Made by a program: the position numbers and the translations under genes. Below are positions 18,232-26,810 of a stretch of 31,209 nucleotides of DNA, one piece after another. Source of the stretch: an uncultured Gammaproteobacteria bacterium (GTDB lineage Bacteria > Pseudomonadota > Gammaproteobacteria > JACCXJ01); contig CAVXTM010000017.1 in the NCBI GenBank assembly GCA_963764725.1, positions 1 to 31,209 on the forward strand. The letters are read 5' to 3'. The notes under the pieces were generated by a model. That model was not told the DNA's origin, searched no databases, and was given only the letters and a program-made list of their open reading frames with translations. Position 1 is the first letter of the stretch; each line of letters begins with the position of its first letter.

Positions 18232-19734
18232 CTACGCGTAAGAGATGTTGAGGGCCGCATCCACGAGCCGACCGGCACGATCGAAATCGTAGTTGCGGTA
18301 CATGTTCGTTTTCACGAGATAGGCTGCACCTCCGTAGAACTTCTCGTACTGTTGGTGGCGGCTGCCGAACTCGGAACCGATGAAGTCCCAAGCCAGCCGC
18401 ATCAATCTCACGCGATCGCGGGCGCTCATCTCGCGTGATACATAGTACCGTTCGATATCGGCGCACTGTTCAGGATTTTCGAACTCCTTGCTGGAGGAGG
18501 GCAGCGAGATCATCGCGGCGCCCGTCAGCTCACGAACGATGTCGATCATGTGCGAGTTGATCTTGGACTGCAGTGCCATCACCGCGTAGAGCGCAATTTT
18601 CGACGGCCAAACGATGCCGCTGGTATCGATTAGGCCCGACACCTCATGGGCGTAAAGCATCTGCTCAACAAGTGAGGCGTAGGCGGCGAGTTCACCCATC
18701 TCCACCTGTACAGGCGGAGCCTTGTCGTTGCCGGTCGCCTCGTTCAAACGCTTTGCGAGACCGAGTAGGAACCGCAGCTTCGTTGCGTAGCGCGCCTGCG
18801 CCTGATGATTGCCATAGGAATGCGACGGCGTCGCCCACCACTGCTGGAAGCATAAGTCGACGTTGCGGTAGATGAAGACGTTTTCCCAAGGCACATGGAC
18901 ATCGTCAAGCACGACAAAGCTGTCGGTCTCGTCGAAGCGCATGGTCAACGGATAGTCCTCCACGCTGGATGCCCTGAGGGTGAAGGCCCGCCGCGAATAG
19001 AGCTTTAAGCCCGACGCGTCTATCGGGATAGCGACGCTGATGGCATAGTTCTCGTCACCAGGGCGCAGTGGATGGATGCAGCTGAGGTGGAGGTAGTCGG
19101 CGAAGATCGCGCCTGTGGCGAGCTGCTGACCGCCTTTCACGATGATTCCAGAATCGGTTTCGCGAACCACGCCGGCATAGAGCGTCGGGTCGGACTGCTG
19201 ATGCGCTGGGCGGCTGCGGTCGACTTGCGGCGGAACAATCGCATAAGCGACGTACTTGTGGTTGTCGCGGATGTGCCTGTAGAAGTTTAGCAGGTTCTCG
19301 GCGTAACCCTTACCGCCGGCATCGAAGAAGCTCGGCACCGCGGCGTAGCCCGCAAAGAAGTTCGCTACGTGGTCCGGCGTGCGCCCCATCAGACCAAAGG
19401 TCTGCTCCGCCCACCCCTCGGCCGCGATCCGCTTGTCGCGAAGATCGGCGTGACTGCGGGGAATTTGGAAACAGCGCCAAACAGGCCCGCCTGTGTCGGG
19501 CGAGGTGAAGGTCATGCGCTCGCGGTTCTCCGGAGCAGCTGCATAATCGAAGAGGTAGGCGAGCGTCCGGGCCGCTCCTTTGAACGCTGCATGGTCCACG
19601 ACGTTCGTAACCCGGTCGCCCTCGACGAAGACCGTGCGCTCGCTGGCTCGCAGGTCCGCCAAGTAGCTCTCGCCAGTGCGCAGTGGCACAGCGCCGTCGA
19701 TAGTCTTGAAGGCTTTTGCCTGTTGAACAGTCAT
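18232..19734 (-). CDS. HpaB (4-hydroxyphenylacetate 3-hydroxylase) family FADH2-dependent monooxygenase
   Basis: RTGESYLADLR, GLMGRTPDH, PPQVDRS, RFDETD, VPWENVF and FGSRHQQYEKFY. Confidence 0.93.
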   Translation of the reverse strand: MTVQQAKAFKTIDGAVPLRTGESYLADLRASERTVFVEGDRVTNVVDHAAFKGAARTLAYLFDYAAAPENRERMTFTSPDTGGPVWRCFQIPRSHADLRDKRIAAEGWAEQTFGLMGRTPDHVANFFAGYAAVPSFFDAGGKGYAENLLNFYRHIRDNHKYVAYAIVPPQVDRSRPAHQQSDPTLYAGVVRETDSGIIVKGGQQLATGAIFADYLHLSCIHPLRPGDENYAISVAIPIDASGLKLYSRRAFTLRASSVEDYPLTMRFDETDSFVVLDDVHVPWENVFIYRNVDLCFQQWWATPSHSYGNHQAQARYATKLRFLLGLAKRLNEATGNDKAPPVQVEMGELAAYASLVEQMLYAHEVSGLIDTSGIVWPSKIALYAVMALQSKINSHMIDIVRELTGAAMISLPSSSKEFENPEQCADIERYYVSREMSARDRVRLMRLAWDFIGSEFGSRHQQYEKFYGGAAYLVKTNMYRNYDFDRAGRLVDAALNISYA

Positions 19735-19783
19735 CAATTAATTCCTCTGCGCCGGACAGAGCTTCACCACCAGCGCTCTTAGC

Positions 19784-19815
19784 TACAAGATGTATATATA
19801 GCCTAGAACTGTCAA
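19784..19815 (-). promoter_or_regulatory. Operator TACA-AGA-TGTA and TTGACA in the divergent monooxygenase/marR intergenic region
   Basis: Palindrome at 19784-19794. TTGACA on the minus strand at 19815-19810. Confidence 0.7.
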
Positions 19816-19913
19816 CCCGTTTGTCTTGCCGCTTGGAACGCTTTGGTGGTACAGGGCCGGACCGAAGTACGGAAGTGGCGTCGCGCCACCTTCATCGATC
19901 TAGTGGGATTGGA

Positions 19914-20462
19914 ATGCCGGAGCAGTATCACCCACCACCTACCACCTCGCGGGAAGAATTCTTCAAGGATGGTACGGATCAGCTTTTTCGGGAGGCCATA
20001 TATACTTGGGTTCTGAGCGTCGAACGGCTTCTCAAATGTAGGAAGGCCTTCGCCCGCATCTCGGGATTAACGTCCTCCCAATTCGTCGTCCTGATGGGCG
20101 TTGCTACCCTACAGAAGGCACATGGCGTCACGATCAAGGATGTCGCAGAGCACGTCGCGCTGGCCTCGACGCACGTGACGACCGAGATCGGCCGGCTCGA
20201 AGCGAAGGGCCTGCTGGTCAAGAGAGAAAACCACAGCGACCGCCGCAGCGTGCTCGTCTCATTGACGCGCAAAGGCGAAAAGCAGATCGAGCGGGTGAGC
20301 CCGATCGTCAGAGAGACGAACGACGTGCTCTTCCGTGGCGTTACGCTAAAGGGCCTGATCAATGCGCATGTGGTCGCGAGACAGCTGGTTGCGAATTCGA
20401 GCGACGCGCTGACCTTTCTGCGTAAGACCGCCACCAGCACCGCGAAGAAGCCGAAGCGCTGA
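19914..20462 (+). CDS. MarR-family transcriptional regulator
   Basis: GLTSSQFVVL, winged HTH TIKDVAEHVALASTHVTTEIGRLEAKGLL and DRRSVLVSLTRKG. Divergent from the monooxygenase. Confidence 0.92.
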   Translation: MPEQYHPPPTTSREEFFKDGTDQLFREAIYTWVLSVERLLKCRKAFARISGLTSSQFVVLMGVATLQKAHGVTIKDVAEHVALASTHVTTEIGRLEAKGLLVKRENHSDRRSVLVSLTRKGEKQIERVSPIVRETNDVLFRGVTLKGLINAHVVARQLVANSSDALTFLRKTATSTAKKPKR

Positions 20463-20497
20463 AGCTGCCCACGCACCCGGATTGTTCCCGCTCCGCT

Positions 20498-21926
20498 CTA
20501 CGGCTGGATGGCCGCACCCCACCGCGACAGCACGTCCTTGCTCTCGCGGATGCTTAACGCCGACGTCTTCGGGTAGGCGCCGAGGTGCTGGAAGGGGATA
20601 CAGGCATCGATAATCATTTTCGAGTTGGAGGTCAGGCCGACGTCGCGGTCGGCGGGCGATATGCGCGGGTCAAGCGACGAGCTCCAGGTGTTGCGCACGA
20701 TGTCGACGTCCTCTGACGGCTCCGCCCGCGTCGCGACGGCCCACATGACGTCAGCGAGATTCGTAGGGTCGACGTCCTCATCCACCACTACGACGATGCG
20801 CCCCATATAGCTGTTCGCGGCTGCAATGAGGGCAGCACGCTTGGCATGGCCGGCGTAGCGCTGCTTGAGCGCTATGACAGTCATGAGCTGCGAGACGTGC
20901 TGCCACGCGCCGACGATATCGGTAACGCCCGCCATTTCGAGGTTCGACCAGAATTCCCGCTGCTCGAAACGACAGTCCGAAATGAAACCGTGGTGGCTTC
21001 AACGGCGGCGACCCGAGCAAGATTGGATCGTTGCGGTGGTAGACCGCTGAGACTTCCATAACCGGAGCAGGCCGCTTGTCGGCCGCGTAGTAGCCGGTGA
21101 ACTCCCCAAACGGACCTTCAGGCAGACTAGTGTCCGCGAATGGAAGAAGCACGCCCTCGAGGACAATTTCCGCCCTTGCGGGAATGGGCAGCTTCGTTCT
21201 AGGCCCGGCATGAACCGGTATGGGCGCTCCCTTAATGGCGCCGGCGAAATCGAGCTCCGAAACGCCTTCTGGCAAATACTCAAATCCCGAAATGAACAGC
21301 GCCGGGTCTTGACCACACACCACTACTACAGGACACGGCTGTCTCTTTTCCCAGAAGCGTTGGGCTATGATCGCACCGTGTCGACCCTTGTGATCGAATT
21401 GGATGGTCACACGCTTCGCATCATGAACCTGGACGCGATATATTGAACTATTGATCCAGCCATTTTCAGGATCGCGGCTCACGACCAGAGCTCCTGAGCC
21501 AATGTACGCACCACCATCGCCGCTGTGCCAAATTGGAGAGGGAAGCTTCAAAACATCGACATCAGCTCCCTCAATTACGTTTTCGAAAAAAGGAACATCA
21601 TTCGTCTCCTCCGGCGGCATAAGCCTGAGCTTGCTGCGACGTTCCTTCCACGCGCGAAGCGCATCGATGGCGGTCAAGGTGTGATCGATGCCCAATGCAA
21701 GCGCTGCCCTCTTCAATCCCACGGTCGCGTTGGTGAAGACGCGATGGCCGGGTCTCAGTCCAGGAATGTGATCAAAAAGCAGGGCGGGACAATGCGGCAT
21801 TCCCGCCGCTACTTCCGTAATAGCGCCGATCTCGTAATCGGCGCGCGCACCGGAAACCCGCTTTAGATCACCGATGGCATCTACCCTATCGATGAACTCC
21901 CGCAAATCGCGATAATCCACATCCAC
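20498..21926 (-). CDS. UbiD-family prFMN-dependent (de)carboxylase with one frameshift near 20952 (~475 aa if corrected)
   Basis: DLREFI, DGGAYIG, NSSIYR, QDP and EGPFGEFTGYY in frame 20778..21926. VVVVDEDVDP..VMWAVATR..LDP..SKMIIDA in frame 20498..20935. Removing one base in GGAATTCTGG joins the two frames. Confidence 0.9.
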
Positions 21927-21988
21927 GGAACTCGCTCCCTCACCATGCAGTATGCCGTGTAGCGATAATCACAAATCGACAAAGAAAC

Positions 21989-22009
21989 TACAAGAACGTA
22001 CATTATGTA
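21989..22009. promoter_or_regulatory. Operator TACA-TTA-TGTA, with an adjacent partial copy, upstream of the UbiD gene
   Basis: Exact site at 21999-22009 and TACA-AGAA-CGTA at 21989-22000, in an AT-rich patch about 75 bp upstream of the ATG. Confidence 0.65.
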
Positions 22010-22108
22010 AACAAATACGCGAAGTGAAATGCAAATTCGCAATCATCTCGCCGGCCATTGCACAGCGCCGTCGATCGCCGATCCCGTCGCCTCGCTACTT
22101 GCCGCTGA

Positions 22109-22228
22109 CTGCCTCGCCGTGATCGGCAAGGGAAGCGCATGCTGGTGTTTGCGGTCAATCCGAAGGATGACGTCATCGCCGACATCGTGTTCGTCGACGA
22201 GGCTCCGGCGCTCGCCGCCGCCATCTGA
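22109..22228 (+). pseudogene. C-terminal remnant of a probable phage tail/host-specificity gene
   Basis: ..KRMLVFAVNPKDDVIADIVFVDEAPALAAAI* has high-GC3 codons and lies directly upstream of the endolysin. The VDEAP ending resembles rhizobial prophage tail proteins (from recall). Confidence 0.35.
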
Positions 22229-22309
22229 AGGCCTGAGCGGTGATCGGCTGACGCGCGCTGCGAGTCGCCTTCTCGCCGTCTGAACCCCTGAACACAAGCA
22301 GGTTTGCTC

Positions 22310-23557
22310 ATGACCGACACGGTCGCTCCGTGGCTCGCCACCATGCGCACGATCAACGGCGTCGAGGAGGGGCCCGGCGCCGCCGACAATCCCAAGATCC
22401 TCGCCATGCGCGACGAGATCGCGCGGCGCTTCCCCGACATGACGGCCTACTGCAAGGGCTACGTCCACGACTCGATCCCGTGGTGCGGGCTGGCGGTCGC
22501 CTACTGCATGGCGGCGAACGGCATCCGGCCGGTGTTCGGGGCGAGCGACACGCAGCGCTTCCTGTGGGCGCGGGCGTGGGCGCGGTTCGGTGCGCCGCTC
22601 GCCGAACCGAAGCTCGGCTGCGTGATGGTGTTCGCCCGTGACAGCGGCGGGCATGTCGCGCTCTACGAAGGCGAGGACGCGACCAGCTACAAGGTGCGCG
22701 GCGGTAATCAGTCCAACGCCGTCAATGTCACCAGCATGCCGAAGTCGGCGTTCCTGGCGGCGGTGTGGCCGGACATGGTGGCAGAGGATCGGCCGGTCGC
22801 CGACAACTTTGCGCGCTGCCACGAGCTCATCGCGAAATGGGAGGGCGGCTACAGCAACCATCCGCGCGACAGCGGCGGGCCGACCAACTACGGCATCACG
22901 CAGCAGCGGCTCTCCGAGCATCGCGGGCGTCAGGTGAGCGTCGAGGAGGTCAAGGCGCTGACCTACGAGGAGGCGCTGACCATCTTCCGCAAGTACTACT
23001 GGCAGCCGCTGCGCTGCGACGAGATGCCGGTGGCGCTCGCGCTGATGACCTACAACACCGGCGTCAACTCCGGCCCGTCGCGCGGCGCGCGCTTCCTGCA
23101 GCAGACGCTGAACCTGCAGGGCTTCGACCTCGACCAGGACGGCGAGGTCGGCCCGCTCACGCTCGCCGCCGCCAACGCCTGCGAGGACATCGCGCGCGCG
23201 GTCAACGACTACTCGGCGATCTACGAGCAGTTCTACCGTGGTCTTTCTAACTTCAGCGTGTTCGGCCGCGGGTGGCTCAACCGCCTCAACGATGTGACCG
23301 CGCAGGCGCTGGCGTGGTCTGACGACGAGCCGACCAAGCCGGTGCCGGTCGAGCCGGCTACGCCCGGTGTCGATCCCGGCAGCGACCTGGTTCCCGACCC
23401 CGGCGACCTCGGCAGATTGCTCGCCGCCGCGGTGCCGGTGCTCCTGCCGTTCCTCATCCGATACGGGCCTGTGCTGCTCAAGGCGGCCGCGGAGATCGCG
23501 CCGTCGCTCAAGCCCGACCAGTCGAAGCCATGGTGGCGATTTACAAAGGAGAAATGA
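22310..23557 (+). CDS. Phage endolysin: TIGR02594/NlpC-P60-like domain + glycoside hydrolase 108 + PG-binding-3 + hydrophobic C-tail
   Basis: PWCG..GGHVALY..GGNQSNAV; WEGGYSNHPRDSGGPTNYGIT; VNSGP..LQ..DGEVGPLT..FGRGWLNR. Confidence 0.9.
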   Translation: MTDTVAPWLATMRTINGVEEGPGAADNPKILAMRDEIARRFPDMTAYCKGYVHDSIPWCGLAVAYCMAANGIRPVFGASDTQRFLWARAWARFGAPLAEPKLGCVMVFARDSGGHVALYEGEDATSYKVRGGNQSNAVNVTSMPKSAFLAAVWPDMVAEDRPVADNFARCHELIAKWEGGYSNHPRDSGGPTNYGITQQRLSEHRGRQVSVEEVKALTYEEALTIFRKYYWQPLRCDEMPVALALMTYNTGVNSGPSRGARFLQQTLNLQGFDLDQDGEVGPLTLAAANACEDIARAVNDYSAIYEQFYRGLSNFSVFGRGWLNRLNDVTAQALAWSDDEPTKPVPVEPATPGVDPGSDLVPDPGDLGRLLAAAVPVLLPFLIRYGPVLLKAAAEIAPSLKPDQSKPWWRFTKEK

Positions 23558-23559
23558 CC

Positions 23560-23760
23560 ATGCTTACCAACGACACCACCAAGATGTTCCTGCGCTACGC
23601 CATCGCAATCGGCATCTCTTTCGCGGTCGGGCGCGGCTGGATCAGCGAGGCCGCAGGCGGGACCATAAGCCAGATCGCCGAGCAGGTGCTCGGCCTGCTG
23701 GTGGCGTTCTCTCCCGCGCTCTATGCGGCGGCGAAGATCGACAACAGCCGTAAAACCTGA
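23560..23760 (+). CDS. Putative phage holin (two TM segments)
   Basis: 66 aa with LRY..hydrophobic..GRGWI..hydrophobic and a charged C-terminus. AAGGAG RBS lies within the end of the endolysin gene. Confidence 0.65.
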   Translation: MLTNDTTKMFLRYAIAIGISFAVGRGWISEAAGGTISQIAEQVLGLLVAFSPALYAAAKIDNSRKT

Positions 23761-23771
23761 CTGCCGCGCAG

Positions 23772-24107
23772 ATGAATGACGCACTCACCTGGACGGCGCT
23801 GATCGCTGCCGCCGGCAGCATCGTCGCCGTCGTCCGGTTCTGGCTGGACATGGGCAAGGCGGCGGAAAAAGCCGAGCAAGCCGCTACGGCGGCGGCACTC
23901 GTGGCGGCCAAGCTCGATCTCACGTCGGCGGCCCTGGCGGATTTTCGCGTCGTGGTGGCGCAGACCTACGCCACCAATAGGGCACTGAGCGAGACGGAAC
24001 AGGCGTTGGCGCTCGGGCTCAACGAGGCTGTCAAGGGTATCTATAGCCGCCTCGACACGATGACCGCGCGGCTCAATTCGCTGATCACCATCGCGCGCCA
24101 GCAATAA
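23772..24107 (+). CDS. Phage lysis-region membrane protein (N-terminal TM plus coiled coil)
   Basis: WTALIAAAGSIVAVVRFW, then Ala-rich heptads, F..VAQTYAT and RLD. Follows the holin. Confidence 0.75.
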   Translation: MNDALTWTALIAAAGSIVAVVRFWLDMGKAAEKAEQAATAAALVAAKLDLTSAALADFRVVVAQTYATNRALSETEQALALGLNEAVKGIYSRLDTMTARLNSLITIARQQ

Positions 24108-24191
24108 ATGCTCCACATCATCGTTGCCCTGGCGCTGCTCGGAGCATTGCTCCAGCGCGCGCCGAATTCCGACAGTGAGACTGACGCTTAA
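24108..24191 (+). CDS. Possible 27-aa hydrophobic small protein
   Basis: ATG immediately follows the TAA of the preceding gene. MLHIIVALALLGALLQRAPNSDSETDA*. Confidence 0.3.
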   Translation: MLHIIVALALLGALLQRAPNSDSETDA

Positions 24192-24436
24192 TTCCTTTGC
24201 TTCGCTATTGTGCTCAAGGTGTGGCAGCACCAGCTAACTAATACGGTCAGGCCGTGGCCTGTCCGAGAGTTGCCCAAAAATCGGCGACATACCGAAGTCC
24301 CCGTTACCTTTCAGTGGCAGCACTGGTGCCGTCGGCAGGCACTCAACACTTTCAAATCTGCGCGCGCTCGCAGCACGTAGACGTGATGGGACATGCCTCC
24401 CCCATCGTCCAGTCTCAAGGCTTTAGGAGCGATCTC

Positions 24437-24939
24437 ATGTCCAATTATCTGCCCGCAACTCTCGGAATCGCAGCGATGTTGATGGCTTCGCCAGCCCTGG
24501 CAAACGACGTTTCGGTGCCAAGTGGGGGCAAAGTGCCGAGGAACTCCAAATTGCCTCGTTGGCTCTGCCGACAAATCACTTTGCCCAAATGCCCACGGGT
24601 CCATTTGTGTCATTCAAAATCTATGTGGCTGAAATACTTCCTCCAATCCCCTCCGAAGCATTGAAGCTATTGAAGCTGGAAATGCTCATCCCCGAGGTGG
24701 ACAGTTTCAACTCTCGTACAGCCCAATGGGGTCCGAACCCAATGGAAGCTGCAATGAAAGTAGATATTTCTACTGTCGGTGGTCCGGCGAGCGAGGGAGA
24801 TGCCATTGATTTTGTAGCCCTGAACCGCGAGGGACTTTCTAGGCTGCCCTTGGTTGATCCTCGGACGGAGACTAGCGAAATGTTTTCACTTGAGACCGTC
24901 GGACTACCCGTTCCTCTCCCCACACCCTCGCGTCTTTAA
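24437..24939 (+). CDS. Hypothetical secreted protein with a frameshift at a G5 run near 24525
   Basis: AGGAG RBS and signal peptide MSNYLPATLGIAAMLMASPALA. Adding one G gives SGGQSAEELQIASLALPTNHF..., continuing in ORF 24559..24939. Confidence 0.55.
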
Positions 24940-24961
24940 AACAAAGTCTTAGCAGATCGAA

Positions 24962-25102
24962 ATGTCAAAATATGCTTCAGCAACGCTCGGAATTGGAGTG
25001 ATGTTGATCGCTTCCACAGCCTCGGCGACGGCGCGAAGCGCCTTGGAGTCAGCCAGTGTGAAAGCCGCAAACCGATTGTGTGGCGGCAGCCGCCCTAAAT
25101 AA
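24962..25102 (+). pseudogene. Short or truncated paralog carrying a duplicated signal peptide
   Basis: MSKYASATLGIGVMLIASTASA aligns with MSNYLPATLGIAAMLMASPALA at both DNA and protein level. Confidence 0.4.
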
Positions 25103-25185
25103 CTCCGAAATCAGCTGGAAACCAGTCGGGTCGAGAAGATCGAGGCCGACATGCAGCCGCTGGCCAAGACCGTCGCCATGATGGA

Positions 25186-26553
25186 TGAAGTGGACCCCGA
25201 ATTTGGGACCGGGACTAGTTGGAGTTCGCGCCGTTCCGTAATTAGACGGAGCGGAGGATGACACAGAACGAGACGGAAGATCGACGCGTCGTTGAAGGCG
25301 AAGATTGCGCTGGAGGCGTTGCGCGAGCAGGCGACGGTGGCCGATCTGGCGCAGCGCTACCAGGTCCATCCGAACCAGATATACGCCTGGAAGAAGCAGC
25401 TTCAGGAGCAGGCGGCGAAGGCGTTCGAAGCGGCCTGGCGACGGGCGGCCGGACGCGAGCGCGAGATCGAGCGCTGCACGCCAAGATCGGCCAGTTGATG
25501 GTGGAGCGGGATTTTTTAGCGCGGAGGTCCGGAAGATGAGCGCTCCGGACCGGCGCGCCCTGCTCGACCACGGCCACGCCGAGCTGTCGATCCGCCGGCA
25601 ATGCGGGCTGCTCGGGCTTGCGCGCTCTGGCGTCTACCGGCCGCCCGAGCCGGCCAATGACAACGATCTCGCGCTGATGCGGCGGATCGACGAGCTGTTC
25701 ACGGCGTTCCCGTTCCTGGGCTCGCGGCGGATGGCGCGATGCTGCGCGCGGAAGGGCCGCCGATCAACCGCAAGCGCGTGCAGCGGCTGATGCGGCAGAT
25801 GGGGATCGCGGCGCTCGGTCCGAAGCCGAGGACGACGAGGCCGGCGCCGGGTCACAAGATGTTCCCGTATCTGCTGCGCGGGCTCGCGATCGAGCGGCCG
25901 AACCAGGTGTGGGCAGCCGACATCACCTACGTGCCGATCGGCCGCGGCTTCCTGTACCTGGTGGCGATCATGGACTGGGCGAGCCGGGCGGTGCTGGCGT
26001 GGCGGCTGTCGAACACGATGGACGCTCGTTCTGCGTCGAGGCGCTGGAGGAGGCGTTGGCGCGCTTCGGCCTGCCGGAGATCTTCAACACCGACCAGGGC
26101 AGCCAGTTCACCAGCGCCGCCTTCACCGGCGTGCTCGCCAGCGGCCGGCGTGCGCATCTCGATGGACGGCCGCGGGCGCTGGATGGACAACGTGTTCATC
26201 GAGCGGCTGTGGCGCTGCGCTGAAGTACGAGGACATCTATCTGAAGGGCTATGCCGACGGGCGCGAGGCCAAGGCCGGCATCGCCGCGTGGATCGCCTTC
26301 TACAAGGACGACGCCCGCATCAGGCGCTCGGCAACCGCACGCCGATGGCGGTGTGGCGTGAAGGCCGACCGGCCCGCTCGGCGACACGGCTGTGGACATG
26401 ACCTCCTTGGACAACGCTGGCGCGTTGCCCACATGCCCACAGCCGCAACAACAACTGAGAAGCATGATAGGGTAGGAAGATCAAACCAGAGAGGAACGGC
26501 CGGCTTCCAACCAAGAAAACCGAGCACTGGTCCTCACGATGGGGTCCACTTCA
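25186..26553 (+). mobile_element. IS3-family insertion sequence (~1.37 kb)
   Basis: Terminal IRs TGAAGTGGACCCC.......GGACC and GGTCC.......GGGGTCCACTTCA, giving TG...CA ends. 3-bp direct repeat GGA at 25183-25185 and 26554-26556. Confidence 0.93.
25258..26401 (+). CDS. IS3-family transposase OrfA/OrfB with multiple frameshifts
   Basis: Orf[38 protein letters not shown]. Orf[52 protein letters not shown]. Confidence 0.9.
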
Positions 26554-26780
26554 GGAGCCGATCGTTGCCGGCTATGCCGCAACACGCTGGAAAATCGCCG
26601 GCGCGTTTGCTCTCGGCACCACGATCGTCACCGTGCTCGGCTGGGTCGTGTCGTTGTTCGCGGGCAAGATCATCGCGTGGATGTTGTCGCTGTTCGTCGC
26701 AAAGTGAGTTGTAGGCTGGCACCGATGACACCATTAGTCCCATGACTTTCGATTAGGTCTCACAATCGTGCCGTGATGCA

Positions 26781-26810
26781 GCCCGGGATTTCTTCCGGGC
26801 CTTTTTTCTT
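26781..26810 (+). terminator. Rho-independent terminator
   Basis: GCCCGG-loop-CCGGGC followed by CTTTTTTCTT. Confidence 0.7.

Larger units (their letters stand above)
25151..26707 (+). pseudogene. Small phage-like membrane protein gene interrupted by the IS3 element
   Basis: Removing the IS and one GGA gives an open frame: (VEKIEAD)MQPLAKTVAMME|PIVAGYAATRWKIAGAFALGTTIVTVLGWVVSLFAGKIIAWMLSLFVAK*. Confidence 0.65.

Noticed and set aside
11200-19734. Calling this a standard nicotinate, picolinate or 4-hydroxyphenylacetate cluster
   Set aside because: No nicAB, nicC, nicE, nicF, picABC or hpaD-type genes are in the window, and the NicX active-site residues differ.
15000-21000. Programmed ribosomal frameshifting in the reductase or ubiD
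   Set aside because: No slippery heptamers are present at these sites, and there are several indels of both signs. Sequencing error is the simpler explanation.
22043-22921. 292-aa minus-strand ORF
   Set aside because: Antisense to the endolysin gene.
23554-23562. Holin dual-start motif (Met-Thr-Met)
   Set aside because: It lacks the basic residue of lambda-type antiholin starts, and the first ATG is only about 2 nt from the SD.
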